Shown here piece after piece: positions 1 to 14,179 of a DNA stretch of 64,000 bases. The stretch covers positions 61,687,281 through 61,751,280 of the forward strand of contig JAZGQO010000011.1 of the NCBI GenBank assembly GCA_036850965.1, in the 5' to 3' direction. This DNA is from Patella caerulea. Its lineage: Eukaryota. The notes beneath the pieces are model-generated. The model was not told where the DNA came from. It made no database searches and saw only the letters and a list, made by a program, of their open reading frames with translations. The position numbers were made by a program, and so were the translations under genes. Positions within the stretch are counted from its first letter, which is position 1. The number at the start of each line of letters is the position of its first letter.

Positions 1-755
1 TTACATTAAATCGTTCATATTGTGCACAAATCAGAGTTTTGTTCAGTGTTGACTATACATCGAACTATGCCATGTTTTTGTACTGTTTGTTTCGTCCTCG
101 TTTTCTTGTGCAGTTAGCCTTCCCGGAATAATCGTAATTGAATATATTACTACTACATTGTATTCTATTATTAATGTACAATATATTTACCCCCCTTCCC
201 ATCCATTTTCAATATACCCCCATCCCCCGCTCCCTCCCCACTGATATTCTGGTTCTGGTTTATTTGACTGATTGAGTAATTTTACCTGTATGTATATTGA
301 TATATAGTCTATTTATGATATTTTAATCATCATGTCGGCATGTTAGAAGTCTACCTGTAATTAGACCAGAATTCAATTCGTCATCTTAATTAGATCAGAT
401 AATTAATAATACGAGTATCTTTAATTGAGATTTTTCAAATAGCCGAAATTCATTAGGTCAATACCTCTGGTTACGGTTAGTTTCTCCACAAAATAGAGAC
501 GGTTGGTCGGAAAATCCTTTTTGCAAATAGTCTAAATAGATTAATAAATTAACCTTTTGACGTTTCGTGGGGTCTATATTTATGTCAGTTAGTACTGTTA
601 CTGGTGGGCCTATCGACCGATGTTAGCAAATACCCAAATCAAAATCTCTAAATATAACAGAAATATAGAAGCTCGAATAATCCTTTCTATGCGCACATAG
701 GCCTATGCCATATGGTTTGATATAAGCAACAGCGGCGTTCCATTCTAAGTTCAAC

Positions 756-895
756 GGGGGGTTGGGACGGCCTAGTGGTCTAGAGTGCCGCGCTTCGACC
801 TCTAGCTGGCCGGTCACCTCTGGCTTGCGGCTGTGGTTTCGAGCCCTGGTGTGAACGTATGTGACATGGAGATAGGGGCTCCTTCTCAACCTCGT

Positions 896-926
<31 letters not shown>

Positions 927-1047
927 ACTACTAAAGACCCCTACGCGCAGGCGAATTATTGAAATAAAATTAAAACCATATGTTAGTCCCGAAATGACCT
1001 AGTTTGTGTTGAGTGGACGTTAAACCCCATTTCTCTCTCTCTCTCTA
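756..1047 (+). mobile_element. SINE family A, subtype A1. tRNA-like head gggggttgggatggcctagtggtctagagtgccgcgcttcgacctctagctggccggtc..., conserved body, tail ...gacgttaaaccccatttc(tc)n.
   Basis: Near-identical copies occur at 8561-8848, 36641-36920 and 37338-37616. The head has a D-arm-like gcctagtggtctagagtgc and a T-arm-like ggtttcgagccc. ORF 623..928(-) is an artefact of translating this element. Confidence 0.8.
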
Positions 1048-3905
1048 AGTTCAACTCTTCATCGAATTCTAATTGTCTCAAAGGGGCATTAGGTAAGAAT
1101 AGATAGAGAGCTGGCAGTTCTTGCTATAATAGTTAAAAACAGATAATGACAAAAGGATATGCTAAAATTTTAGTCATAGTGCTTCACTCTGAACCTAAAT
1201 ATTATTATTAGCGATTCAATTTTTGGCTAGCCCCGATCGTCATTACTATTGGTGCCACAAAGTCTATTCATATCCACTTAACATCGCATGCATCCGATGG
1301 TATCAAGAATTGATTATGGTCTTGGTAAGTTCATTAATGTTAACTTAATGATTTAGATAACATTAAAGAAAGACCTGCAATAGGCAGGTATAGCTCGTGT
1401 ATAATGTATAATCCACGTTCAATCAACGATCCTAGGTCGTTGTCTTTGTAGTGAACAGGAAAAATACAAACAAAGATTAGCTCAGATAGAAACGACATTT
1501 AAGACTTGGTTGTATTGGGCAGACGACTGGTGGCCTCGTCTTGAATTCCACGCCTGCTTTTATTTCATTGATGTAGAACGCTTAAATTCCTGGGTGAAGA
1601 TTTTACTTTATATTGCAACAATAAAACTATTAAGTAATTTAACGCCAATTTTAACTCGTGTTGGGTCCACATTAACATATCAATCTCATCCATCAACCGG
1701 CTTGCCAAACACTAATTAACAAATTACAACCACATAACGCCATGACAGTTATTACGTCACATCCTATTTGGCAGCGCGGTGATTGTTGAATGATTTGGTG
1801 ACGTATTACGGCAGGGGTCGCAGAGTAAAAACATTAGTTTTTCGTTAATGATTTTATTTCCACGTTGATTACGAATCAAATAAAATTACGATTGTAAGAA
1901 GGTAATATTAATTTAGGCTACAAAGGGCATCAAATCCACTATTGATAGGGGTAAAGTGAAGGGGATGCAATGGCTCGCTTTGCTGCATGAGTTGACTTTT
2001 AGTGCCCCCTACGAAAAACGATATACCTGTTGAGTTTTTGTGAACCTCGCTGGATTTTGTTCTTCATGCAAATCAGCAGTTATCACTTCTTTGATGATGT
2101 TTACACATTGTATTTAAGGCATGGGGTCCATAAGAACGCGTAAGTAGGCCTATATTAACAAAAAATACGGGAACATTAGAAAATAATCATTAACTGCGTG
2201 AACAAATCACAACTAACTAACTTTCGTCAAAAAATTAACGCTAAGTGCATGAATATTCGTTGGTATATTTCAGGAACCAATTTTCTTTGATATTGTTGAA
2301 GCCTACAAAACATATTACACCATTATGATCTCTTAGAAAGTGAAAGGTTCTGTTCCGACAGTTTCCAGCAACATGATTTTCATGTGTTATGGTTCGGTAA
2401 CAGAATTCCAGCGAAAATCAAACCTTGTTTTAAGTTGGTATAATTTGGCCTGTTTAAACCCAGTACTTTACGAATATACGCAAATCACTTATTCTGGTGT
2501 TATGACGTATCGCTTTAAGCTAATAATTTCTCTTTCACAACTGCTTGTACATGGTATATGTTTAGAGAAGACTGGTGCGAATCCAAGTAAATAATTTACA
2601 CCCAACTTGTACTCACTGACAAGAATAACCCCTCGTGAAACACCAGCTGATAAAGTGGGGATACGCTAAATTAATTTTCTAAAATCTCCTGGAATGCCGT
2701 CTTCTAATGTTATAATCAGGACAGACTTTGTAACAACTCTTTGATGGAGTGGGATATTGTTACACAACTATTCTCAACTGACTAGCAAAACATAGTCGAA
2801 ATCTTCGGTTCCTTTCTACACTTTATTGATGAAAGGTTGTCTAAAAACTTGCCGGGGATCAGCTTGAAAACTAATCACCCCGTCTCGTAATCTACATTCT
2901 CTTACATTCTCTTAAAATCTCGCGTGTACTTAATCGAAAACGAGGCAGAAAAAGCGTTGATCTATTACGACCATGTTTTTTCTCAAAGAATGTTTTATAA
3001 TAGAAGTGTAGATGTAATGAATTCATCTGTTGTAAATTAGAACATGATGTATTTTCCGTCTCTACTTTAGATCTCTTAGAAACGTGAGCATTAAGTTCTG
3101 TGCACAGGGTACGATATTTCGTCCCCGACTTTGAGATTTGTTTCTGCGTATTTAGAAAAGATTATTTAAGAATAATCGATGTGTCAAATGTATGATTTAA
3201 GTAGTGAATAAATTTGTCAAAGATAAAAATTGTGTGTTGGGAACTGGGTTTAATTTTTATTTCGACATCTTAATTGTTTATGAAAAATCCCATGATGTAA
3301 CCTGCCCTTAATCTCAGTTTCCTTTGCTCCGTGATCAAAATCGCATAGGTCGAGCAGGCCTTATATAATTACCAAAAAACCCAGCTTTTTGAAATTCTAC
3401 AGTGTAACCAGGCCTTAAATCTCCTTCTCTCGCGCTTGTTATTGCGTCACATAAATGACGTCTAAATAGCAAGTCATAATTTATGAAGATGAGATAATTT
3501 TTAAAACACGTGTTTTACTTTGAAAATTATGATTCCCCTGTTCACATGTTTTAAAGATTTTCATGTAAATTGCTTTTTGAAATTCTAAGTTCGTGTTCGT
3601 TTAGAAAATATGAAGTCGTAATCAGATGTTAGAAAGATATTCTTATGAATAATTTATGTTTTGAAACTAGGAGTTAATGATCAGCTGTTTTAATCATCCT
3701 GTAGCTTGTCTGTGAATATCTGTAGATTAAAGGGAATAACGGTGTACGAGTTTGTTTATAGATTATTAAATGGGCGTTATTATGGTGATATAATCACGAT
3801 AAAAGCTAAATAAACATATTATGATATTCACATGTTTATGATATTGACATTAATCACCATGGTAATATAATAGTCACTTCATTAAATATCTGTACATTAT
3901 ACATA

Positions 3906-4225
3906 ACCGTTATTTCACATTTACTTGAAAATAGTTTACACTGACATTTACCGATATTTCACATTTAGAAAAACTTATTCGATATTTCACAATTATTCGA
4001 TTTCACATGTAGAAAAACTTATTCGATATTTCACATTTAGTAAATAGTATTTTAGACTAGCTTAACCGTTATTTCACACTTAGAAAAACTATTTGACAAG
4101 AAAATAACCGTTACATCACATTTCCTAGAAATTATTTTGTATTTACATAAAGATTATTTCACATTTTCAGAAATAATTTACACTAACATGACTGTTATTT
4201 CACATCTCTAAGAAAATATTTTGCA
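3906..4225. repeat. Degenerate minisatellite with a unit of about 40-45 bp built around ttatttcacatttag(a)aaaa(ct)tattcgatatttcaca.
   Basis: There are about 8 imperfect tandem units. Each contains tatttcacat plus tagaaaa/ttcgata motifs. Confidence 0.6.
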
Positions 4226-5199
4226 AATTCAAAATGGTCTTTTGTCCATGTCCTCAATTGCTGACAAATGGGTTCAAAATATGTAAATGCTGAGTGCCCG
4301 ATATCACTTCTTGTTGTGGGTATTCACATACTTTATCTTACCCTTTCTTAAATTGCGGCTACAGGATAAACGCACAAGGAAATAAACCAATAACAAAATG
4401 AAACGAGTTTATTTTTTTGATAAATGAACATATCGATTCTATTCATGAGTTTTCATTCTTTTTACACCAATAAATGTAAAATGTCTTCATTGTGGTGTTT
4501 TTTTTAGAAGATTAACCATTAATAGAAATATAAATGAGACAAACGAAGGATACATGAACTTCAATTGTGATTGGCTAAGTACTAAAATGAATCCAATATT
4601 ATCCAATCAAATTACTAAAATTGAGATTTTATGTTAGTTAAAATTTCGTGAAACAGGCCCGTGTTCTCCGGGGCATTGATAAATAAATAGCGGAAGATGT
4701 TTGAATTCGAACATTTGAAAATTTAAGTACCAAGAACGTTTGGAATTAGATAATAAGTTTTTTCAGAAGAAATAAGGAAATTGCTGGTGAAATTCCATAC
4801 AATTTTCATGTACTGTTTAAGTATCTTATGATTGTGTAATTTCTATTAATACTGAATTTGGTGGCTCCAGAAATTACTTGTTTTGAGTATTCTACTGATC
4901 ATATTGACCAAAGAAAGAGAGAGAAAGCGAGGTGTACCGTATTTCTGAAATAAATTCCACATTCTTGATGTGATTATAACCTTGTCTGTGATGACACGGA
5001 TGGAAGAAAATGGCGTTTAATTATAAAAGTTCAAAAGATTTCAACCTTCGGTGGCAACCTGAGATTTAAGATGTTGGTATGTTGGTGAGCAGACGTCGAG
5101 TTGATGGTTCTTTGGTTCTAGACTCATAGTTAACATGTAACGGACGTGTATATGGTGTGCGCCATTATCGATTTGAAGAGAAATAAATGTTTTGACATG

Positions 5200-5355
5200 A
5201 AATAAGGCCCAACGTTTTACTTTCGCCTTACTTTCCGCACCAATGATGCAGTGAATAGTTTCTGCGATATAATGCATGAAATAAGGCCCAACGTTTTACT
5301 TTCGCCTTACTTTCCGCACCAATGATGCAGTGAATAGTTTCTGCGATATAATGCA
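5200..5355. repeat. Perfect tandem duplication of a 78-bp unit.
   Basis: gaaataaggcccaacgttttactttcgccttactttccgcaccaatgatgcagtgaatagtttctgcgatataatgcat occurs twice back to back, at 5200-5277 and 5278-5355, with no mismatch that I can see. ORF 5041..5277(-) overlaps it. Confidence 0.8.
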
Positions 5356-6849
5356 TACATTTTGAAATATAATAACTTGATTTTCGGATTTTTATTTATG
5401 CAACCAACGTTACAGATTATCTTATTATAGGCCTTAATTTTTGTGAAGATAATTGAAACTGGAAATTATATTTTATTTGTTTGGAAATTCTGAGTAAGAG
5501 AAGTTCTTTAAATGGACATATACCAGGAGTCTACCACATGTGGTATATTAGACGAGGTTGTACCGAGTGGCAGTCGACTGTCATTCCATGCTGTCATATT
5601 CTATAATATAACTCACTTCAAACACAACAACATTCAGAATTCCTCGCATTTTTACTTTCAATCCCAGGAATCTTGATGAGCTACAAAGACGACTTCATTT
5701 GAAAATTTATTTTTCATTTTCCAGAAAGCGATAAGAGACCGAACACTTATTAACGAGGTTGTTATTCTGAGTACAAAAATCTCGTAGATTGCCGATTTGC
5801 AAACATATTTCATATCCTAACAGGCAAAATATTAGAATTAACCGAATGATTTATACACCCAAAGCGTTTAAAAATTCAAAATCCGCGAAGACAGCCTAAA
5901 TTAACATTTCACAGAGTAAAAGGAATTAATTATTTGATTTATGTAAATTTTTATGGGTTTTAACAAGAAAAAAGACACGAGTTTCAAAACATAAATTCAC
6001 ATTTAACAGGCTAATCAGATCGGAGATTATGTATTACGGCTCAACAGAAAAGTTTATGAAATTAAGTGACAATGGAGTTATGTCGTAATTCATATAGAAA
6101 CCGACAAGGAACAGAAAAAGATATAACTTAACTTAAAACGATGATGGTTAGGATGTAATTATGGCTGACAAAAATTTCTGTATTAAGACAAATGACTATT
6201 TATCTTTTCTTCATTATATTTTAAAAGGAATAAATAAATGAAAAAAAGATTTTATCTATTAGAAAAGTCTTTTGTTTTGTCTTTCTGTTTTTGTTGTTTT
6301 GTTTATTGGGTGTGTATTTATTTATTTTTTTTTTGTTTTGGTAGAAGGAGGGGCGGGGGGTCAATGTAAAAAATATAGAGGATGACGATATACAGAAAAA
6401 GAAATTTTCAAATGCTAATAATACAAACTCATTAAAAATAATAAATAATTTATTCCATGCGATATCAACAACACGAACAGGTCATATTTTCTGTTCCTTC
6501 ATCCTTGCTGTATCTATTCCCAAGAAAAAATAGTGTTAATGAGTTCTGTCGAGTTATGAAATAAAGCTGATTTGTTGAAAAGTGATTTTTTTTCGTTAGG
6601 TCAGGAGGTTCATATCGTTTAGTTGTGTTCTTAAGAATGAAGTCGACAGGAGTCTTGCGTTAAAAGTTGTAATTAGTGAAATGGGATATTTTTTTCAAAA
6701 AGGAAAATAGTTTTTAGTTTTAGTAGAAAAATTAATGGTAAAAGTGAGTGCTTAACAGACTGTGGTATTTTTTTTATAACACCGGGTTGTATTCTACACG
6801 GGATCACGTGACGCACGGTAAAGATCCATCCTTAGATTTCAACATTTTA

Positions 6850-7110
6850 AAATACTCTATTGCTTGTACGTGTACCACTCGCCTGCTCTGCCATTGAGTC
6901 AACTGGCGTGGTTTAGAATCCCCGGTTGTACGTGGCAAGGATTAGGGTCGCCTGTCCAACCTCGTGGGTTTTCTCCGGGTACTCCGGTTTCCTCCCACTG
7001 CTAAAGACCCCTACGCGCAAGCGAATAGTTGAAATGAAATTAATCCATATCATATTTTAGCCCCGAAATGAGACCTAATAATTTGTGTCAAGTGGACGTT
7101 AAACCTCATG
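6850..7110 (+). mobile_element. SINE family A, subtype A2. It has an alternative tRNA-like head (...gagtcaactggcgtggtttagaatccccggttgtacgtggcaagg...) on the same body and tail.
   Basis: The body and tail (caacctcgtgggttttctccgggtactccggtttcctcccactgctaaagacccctacgcgcaagcgaat...gtggacgttaaacc) are shared with A1. The head matches the copies at 47490-47770 and, in reverse, at 20235-20470, 40340-40598 and 37078-37325. Confidence 0.7.
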
Positions 7111-7134
7111 GGTACACGTATACCCCCCCCTCCT

Positions 7135-7193
7135 CCTCTCTGTCTCTCTCTGACTTGTTACTTTAAGGCTCTATGTACAACGTTTATGTTAAA

Positions 7194-7234
<41 letters not shown>

Positions 7235-7275
7235 GTTACTTTAAGGCTCTAGGTACTACGTTTATGTTAAAACCA
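7135..7275. repeat. (CT)n microsatellite combined with a duplicated 45-bp unit.
   Basis: ctctctgtctctctctgacttgttactttaaggctctatgtacaacgtttatgttaaag is followed by (ct)19 and a second copy, tgacttgttactttaaggctctaggtactacgtttatgttaaaacc. It sits at the tail of the SINE-A copy. ORF 7108..7368(+) is an artefact. Confidence 0.7.
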
Positions 7276-8560
7276 TTATCAGTGTGGCGGAAAATTACAC
7301 ATCTATTCACTTCCAAGTTTACCACTGACAAGATGGCGGTGGAGTTGGTTTTAGCTTTCTATCAATAAAGTAAACTTATCTCGTGTTAGATTTTGTAAGT
7401 AGAACCATCATCACTGCTCTTCAGCTAATTACTATCTTATTAATATACAGTTCATACACTACTGGGGGTTGGAACCAGGGTGGCTCGGTGAATATAGGAC
7501 GTTTATCCACTAACCACCACGTACCTGGATCGATCCCGATGTTTGCCGAGAGCGTGCATCGGTATATTCCGTCCCAATATCCTCTTATCAGTGATGCACG
7601 TCTAGTTCTTCGGGTAGGACGAAACCACGGAGGTACTGCGTAATGAAGGGCGTCTGCCCGTCTCCATTAGTCGGAGGGGTGGGGAAATCCCCTCCCAGCT
7701 ACGGTAGTTTACAGAGATTACTTTATTGTTTTGAATGAATTATTTTACAAAAATTTAATGTATAAATAGATAAATAAAAAAGGCATGTGTTAGTGTGCAA
7801 AATATCGACCAGACATGAGTACAAAATTTTCTTATTAACTCATTAGTGTTTTTACCGTTTGTAATTAATACAGAAAATTTCTCGTCTTTGATTCCGATAA
7901 TTAAATATATCATCTTTCTACTTCATGTATATATACCTTAATTACATACTTATTAATATACCTACTTATACCACGGTTTATATACCACGGTTTTCATTAT
8001 GTACCACAGTGTATATATCCCACTTATTACTTACCATATCTACCTAATGAATAGACAGCTTGTTGATTCGCTTCATCAACTTTTTCTCAAAACATTAATT
8101 ATCAGCCAATACTCATTTACTGCTACTTACAACAACTTAGCATTTTTTTTTAAAGCCTGCACAGATTTTCTATTAGCTTTAGACGATTTTCTAAATTAAC
8201 ATCCCAACTAAATAGGACTCCTCTCCCCTTCTTAATTTTGTATTTTATCATAATTCATTTATATCCAATCCAACCGGTCATGGATGTTCAATTTCTAATA
8301 AATATTTATTTTCTCCCATTACTTTTGAGATAATTTTTACCGTCAAAATCTGTTCCCACTTCACCTCTCATTTTAATTTAGAAATCTTCTTTATAAGTGG
8401 CCCGTTTTCATTAACCCAGTCGGCTGAGAAACGTAAGACATTAAAACAAATTTAATTTCTTGTAGGTGGTGATTCACCTCGTCGGGTTTCTAGGTTTAAT
8501 ATAAATAATTAAATCTTGCCATATTACATTTTACTATTGACGTGTTTGCTCTATTATAAG

Positions 8561-8848
8561 GGGGGTTGGGATGGCCTAGTGGTTTAGAGTGCCGCGCTTC
8601 AACCTCTAGCTGGCCGGTCACCTCTGGCTTGCGGCTGTGGTTTTGAGCCCTGGTGTCAGCGTATGTGGCATGGAGATAGGGGCGCCTTCTCAACCTCGTG
8701 GGTTTCCTCCGGGCACTCCGGTTTACTCCCACTGCTAAAGACCCTACGCGCAAGCGAATTATTGAAATAAAATTAAACCATATGTTAGTCCCGAAATGAT
8801 CTAGTTTGTGTTGAGTGGACGTTAAACTCCATTTCTCTCTCTCTCGCT
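8561..8848 (+). mobile_element. SINE A1, full length, with a target-site duplication.
   Basis: The flanks are ...gctctattataa|GGGGGG... and ...ctctctcgctctattatag. An 11-bp direct repeat gctctattata brackets the element. ORF 8496..8753(-) is an artefact. Confidence 0.85.
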
Positions 8849-9507
8849 CTATTATAGATCACTTGTAATTTTATTCACGAATCTTCTCATAATTTTATGA
8901 GAAGCATCTTTATGCGTGAAGCGCTGCCTTGCATAATTTTCCAGCGTGGTTTCCCCACCTTGAGCGTCTGACAAGGAACAAAGTGTATTCGTGCAGATGG
9001 TACGAAAACCAAGGCCCGTTGGTGTACACGACAAATAACCCGCGGCCGTTGGAATTCGGTGAACTTAAAGTAAGTGTACAAGTAAAAGTTAGAAATCGAC
9101 TTCGTGCAAAATTCTACACAAGCTGCATAGTGTACGCCCCTCTTCTTTTCCTTGATTTATGCAGAAAAGTAGGACGTTAAACCCCATTTCATTTCATTTC
9201 TTATAATTGATTATTGCCTCGTTTTACACCATTATTAAATGTTGAAATGTTTATCTATTTATATTTTTGTTGAAAGTTAATCTGAAAATTAAATAAAGGC
9301 TTGTTTCACCTAATCAATAAACTATGTGTAATGATATTTTAATTATTATTAATTTTTTTTTACCTGAAACTAAATTATCAATTTGTGTAACATCAAACAC
9401 ACGTTTTCACCTGCATGATTATTTATATATTGATGTAGACAAAAACATTAATGAGTTTATATAACAGATGAACTCCTGCGACATCGAAATGCGATAAAAT
9501 TAAATTG

Positions 9508-9630
9508 GGTTTAACGTCCTGCATTTCTGAACCAACTGGGATAATAATGACAAGCATACGCCATACAATGCGCTATGAGTGAATTTTGCCCAGTCAGCGA
9601 TATGTTCGCTTAATCGTCAACGAATTACAG
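9508..9630 (-). mobile_element. SINE family B fragment, placed immediately 5' of the SINE-A fragment.
   Basis: ggtttaacgtcctgcatttctgaaccaactggg...catacgccatacaatgcgctatgagtgaattttgcccagtcagcga matches the B-family tail region. Confidence 0.45.
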
Positions 9631-9644
9631 TGAGAGAGAGAGAG

Positions 9645-9800
9645 TGAGAGGGTGGGGTTTAACGTCCACTTGACATAAACTAGGTCATTTCGGGACTAAC
9701 ACATGATTCCACCTTATTGCAATAATTCGCTTGCGCGTAGGGGACTTTAAAAGTCTGTGGGGAAACCGGAAGACCCGGAGAAAACCCACGAGGTTGGATA
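9645..9800 (-). mobile_element. SINE A copy lacking the 5' head, in reverse orientation.
   Basis: On the + strand it reads gagggtggggtttaacgtccacttgacataaactaggtcatttcgggactaac...cgcttgcgcgtagggg...ggaaaccgga, which is the reverse complement of the A body and tail. Confidence 0.6.
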
Positions 9801-12459
9801 GCATCAAATTGCAACTGTCAAGGGTTCTGTTACGGTTATAACGACCAGCTTTATTTAATGAAATGGATAAAAAGAGAAGAAATGAAATAGGTTTCACGTT
9901 CCGCTTCCCCGAATAAACCTGGCTACTGTAGACGGATTAAATTTAATACGAAAAAAAAACCTTTGTATTTGTATAAAATTAATTTTTGATTGGTTGTCGA
10001 GTAAATAATCTTTATAATTTCTTTTTCTAGAAAAAAATATAAATTGATTGCGCGGTCTGATTTATCTCTACAGGGTCAGCACTTTATAAAATAAACCTGA
10101 GATAAAAGCCAGCTTAATTTCTTGTTATTTGTTAGCTTTAATCATATCGATTGTTGAATATTCATATTATTTTTTGCATATTCATATTACACGTAATTTT
10201 TAAATTCTAACAATTAAGAAATTCTAACTACTTAGGCTCATTATATTCAATCTTGCACATATCGCTATAGCGTTACCATATTAAACTTGGTTTGTCTGTC
10301 AACAGTTAGCCCCGCTTCAGAACAGACACTAAGCTAGTTGGCCGACATTTTAAGTTCTAAATCGACGATTTTAGTCAAAAACACTTAGTATATTTTGCGA
10401 ATTTTGTTGAGTATTTAATTTATTCTGATTCCATTTGTATATGTAATAAAATTGAATTATGACACGTGAAATGGAGTACACACGCATTATACAATAGTGT
10501 GACCATTTATTACGCTAGACAGATCTCTTTGTGCAGAATGTAGCATGATTTTGGTAGCCAGCTAATCCAAACAAAACGATAACAGTTGTTGCGGTTTTTT
10601 TTAGTATTATAGACATTTGTAGCCACGGATCAGATCCTGAACAAAGGCTACTTGAAATCATCAAAACACCTTCCCGAAAGACAAGCAAATCTCTTCTCAA
10701 AAATGAAAATACATTTTGAAAGCATGATTGACGCACATGTTCGTCCTTCTTCGTATGGCGAGAAAATGAAATATAGAATATCAAACGAAGCGACACAAAA
10801 ATCCGTTGAGAATAGAAAAAGGCATGTGGCTGTGTTTTTAAACAATGACTGACAACTACATTCGCCATGTTGATATGGTCAATTACAAAATATAACTTTG
10901 ATAAGAAACGAAACGACAAGTAAATCCGGTTAATGATATTCAATCTGGTTGGGAGTATTAGTCCGCGATACTTGAACCGATGCTAATCACAACCTCAGAT
11001 ATTTAACAAAAGCTCATTGCTGATCCGGGGGAAGTAACTCGTTCTTTATTTACCTTGATCACCGGTCAACAACTGTCAAAATTAATCAAGGAGATAATGC
11101 CCGGTAATTAGAACTCTTTTTAAGTGAAGGTAATTTAAACGCGCTATTTGTCTGACGGCCATATTGGAAACTCATCAGACGTCGACTGAGCGAAAATTAA
11201 TCAATGGCGGAGTTATTTCGTTCCGTTTATTTGACTCGGAAAAGAAAACATGCTTAAAGGTTGAACGTGTTTGATGGATCGACTTTGATATCCAATCAAC
11301 GATGACAAATTAGTGCGCGCTAATTAACTCCTCTTTTTGTCTTTTAAGATGAGTTGTCGCTATGTATTGGTTGTTGATAAGTGGAAACATTTGGTTGCTG
11401 TTAGCGTTTAGTTGTAAACAACTGCCAGATTTCCTTTACCACCCGGGATCGTTTTGACTGGGGAATTAAACTATTATAACTGGACATGACTATAATATAT
11501 TTATGTGTTCATGATTGTTAGAAAGGGGGTTGGGGACTCCCAGTGCCGACCTGATAATATTTCGGTAGGACGGAGGGCCTATCAAGGGATGAAATGCCGA
11601 GGTCCCGTTTACACATTGGCGTGCTCTTAACTATAAATAAGGAAGCGAAATAGGATTCGTTTTTTACTCAAATTGGGTAATTCACATAGCTTAAACCGTT
11701 TGGTTGGAATTTAATATCGTAATATTCAATAAAATATTTTGCCATTTTTTCATGAACATTTGATACCACCTCCCATTCATTTGGGAAGCTTGAATAGCTA
11801 ACGACTTTTGTCATCTTGCTTTCTAACACATAACAACAATAAATTAAGTTGTGCTTGAGGTAGAATGTGTTTATTTTCAAGAACGTTCGATATTTCACAT
11901 AGCCAACAATTGTATCTAATAATTTGACTCTGTCGTATAGGTACGTGTTTGTTTATTTATCTGAAGATATAAACCCATTTCGAACTCCAACGATTCCAAA
12001 CTTCTCCCTCTAGTTTATTTACTCTATTAAAGTAGCCGACTCGAACAACCCACAATCGACACGGGTATTTCACTACTGTTAGGTTTCTCGCTTCCACGAG
12101 TCCAGATTTTTACTGAACCCTAACGAAGTTGTCATTTTCCATTTTTCATAGTTTAGTAAATAAATATGGCTGACTGTTAGTAATGTTATCTCTCTGACTT
12201 CATCAGTTACAACCGGATTGTACTCGTGCGAGGTGGAAATACAAAATGTTAAAAATGTCCCAGAAATCTGGAAGCAAACATCTGGTAGGGGCCGATTGGG
12301 TACAGATTCCTCCTGAGTTTGACAGACTGGCTGTCAGTCCATGGTTAAACAGACGACATGCTACCACAACCATTTATTGTAAACATGCCCGTTAAACACT
12401 TTTAAGACTCAACTTGTAAACAGTCTTCGTGCAGCGGGCAATCGTGTGATGCAAATGTA

Positions 12460-12725
12460 AAGATAAAAATGGGATTAATGCCTTACGTTTTGGGGCTAAC
12501 GAAGACGGGTAGACGTCAATGTGCAGTGAGGAAAATTTTGCCCGGATCGTCTGTTATTGCGAATTCCAAATGTCAAAGGTTCTTTTACGTTTACTTTGAT
12601 ATGTTTACGGTTTACGGGACCTCTTTTTTTTGTGTCACATCCTAACGACTTTTTCAGTGTATACCCGTCTTCATTGGAAACGTTGATGCAGCAAAGTACG
12701 ACGTTAAACTCTATTTCATTTTATT
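12460..12725. mobile_element. Composite of SINE-B fragments, a reverse body followed by a forward tail.
   Basis: gggctaacgaagacgggtagacg...gtgaggaaaattttgcccggatcgtc...gcgaattccaaatgtcaaagg, then ...cagcaaagtacgacgttaaactctatttcattttatttt. Confidence 0.4.
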
Positions 12726-14179
12726 TTTGATTCTTGTCCGAAAGTCTAATTTGCACAAGTAGTTACGAACTTGTAAAGAATTTTGTGAATTCAGGAACGG
12801 AAATTCAAGTACATAAATATCACCGAACTAGGCTAAATAAATTACTCTAATAATCGGAAACAAAGGGAAGATTAAAGGCTCGCCATTTTCTTTGTACGGG
12901 TTGTATGCAAGTTTATGATTGACATATCCTAGTGAAAAGAAACAAAACGAAAGACAAGTGGATCTAGTTAGAGTGAAATATGATTATACATTATAAGCAT
13001 TTATATAAATTAATACCTTGTTTACGGACATCAAAGGGATGTAACACCTCAACCGACATAGGTGAGATTGTTAGGCGCGTTGACGGGTTGGATATTTATG
13101 ACGTTGTTTTGTTCATTTCGTGTCCATCTTCTGTCCGGTCTGTCATTTATTGAAATATGAATAAATACAAAATACACGAAAAATTGTCGACATTAACTTT
13201 CATGTGATCTAAAAAAAAGCAAGAAGTTACTAAAACTCCTGATTGAGAATTCAGATGTTGTATAGTGATGTCTTCTGTGCTTAAAAATAGTTTTAATATT
13301 TTTCATCAAAAACTGGATATATTTCGTCCCCGAGAACTAGAGTGCCCTGTGTCCACTACAAAAGTCGATTCGGAGGAAACAGGCTTCAAAATTTCAGAAG
13401 CACAGAACATTTCATCATTTTACTGAAATCGAAGGGCACTATTTTTGGTATTACTATTTTTGGTGTAGATATACTCAATAACACCTATAATTTCTGTGCA
13501 CAGTTTGATTCCATTCCCTAGAAAAACACTATGTCCTTCTCATGGTGGAATTATCGACGAGTAAACAAATTTAATTTAATCATAAAATAATGAAATTAAG
13601 AATAAATACATAAATAAAATAAAATAAAATAAAATGAAACATTTCTTGCTGTCATGTTTTTCGTAAAATAGGTAACAAAATGTATATACTATTATAGAAT
13701 TGTGCGCTGTTGTAACTTCATCCCATTTACTGCAATATTATTGTCTTTAATATGATTGTAAAAATAAGTTAGCAAGCACATGTTGTATTTAATATCATTG
13801 CAAATGTATGTTAGCCAGCATGTCTACTGTCTTTAATATTACTACAAATATATGTTAGCAAACAACCATTGTCTTTAATTTTACTGCGAAATGATGTCAG
13901 TTAGCAAGCAGATATTGTCTTAGAGAAAAAAAAAACCAAGGGTGAAAGAAGATTATGTAAATGAGGTGTTAAATACCTTGTCGTGTGTTTATATTAATAC
14001 GTGTAGCGTGTACCTAGTGACAAGGTACCGTCCACGACCTTTCTTTGATGTTACCGCGGATACGTCAGGTAGGCTTACAGGTAGGATGAATAATGTAGTT
14101 AATACAGGCGAGATGATGCGAGGATGATAGATTGATGATGACGGAGATGAAGTGATGGAGTTAAAGAGGATGTCGTAGA

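Noticed and set aside
623-928. ORFs of 60-100 aa with the recurring peptide ...SARRKPTRLRRRPYLH.TY.HTRA.NHSRKPEVTGQLEVEARHSRPLG... (also 8496..8753-, 36605..36808-, 37449..37634+)
   Set aside because: All lie inside copies of SINE family A. The similarity between them reflects repeat identity, not a gene family.
756-1047. tRNA genes at the SINE heads (e.g. gcctagtggtctagagtgc...ggtttcgagccc; ggtggctaagtggataaggcgctgg...)
   Set aside because: The tRNA-like segments recur as the 5' ends of multi-copy SINEs and are followed by non-tRNA bodies. No stand-alone cloverleaf of 72-90 nt with intact acceptor stem could be traced by eye. They are tRNA-derived SINE heads, not tRNA genes.
10515-10943. 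142-aa ORF on the minus strand (and 48315..48689+, 124 aa, hydrophobic)
   Set aside because: Low-complexity Leu/Phe/Ile-rich translations of AT-rich DNA. No flanking splice consensus, no recognisable motif, and overlapping opposite-strand ORFs of similar size. They look like chance ORFs.
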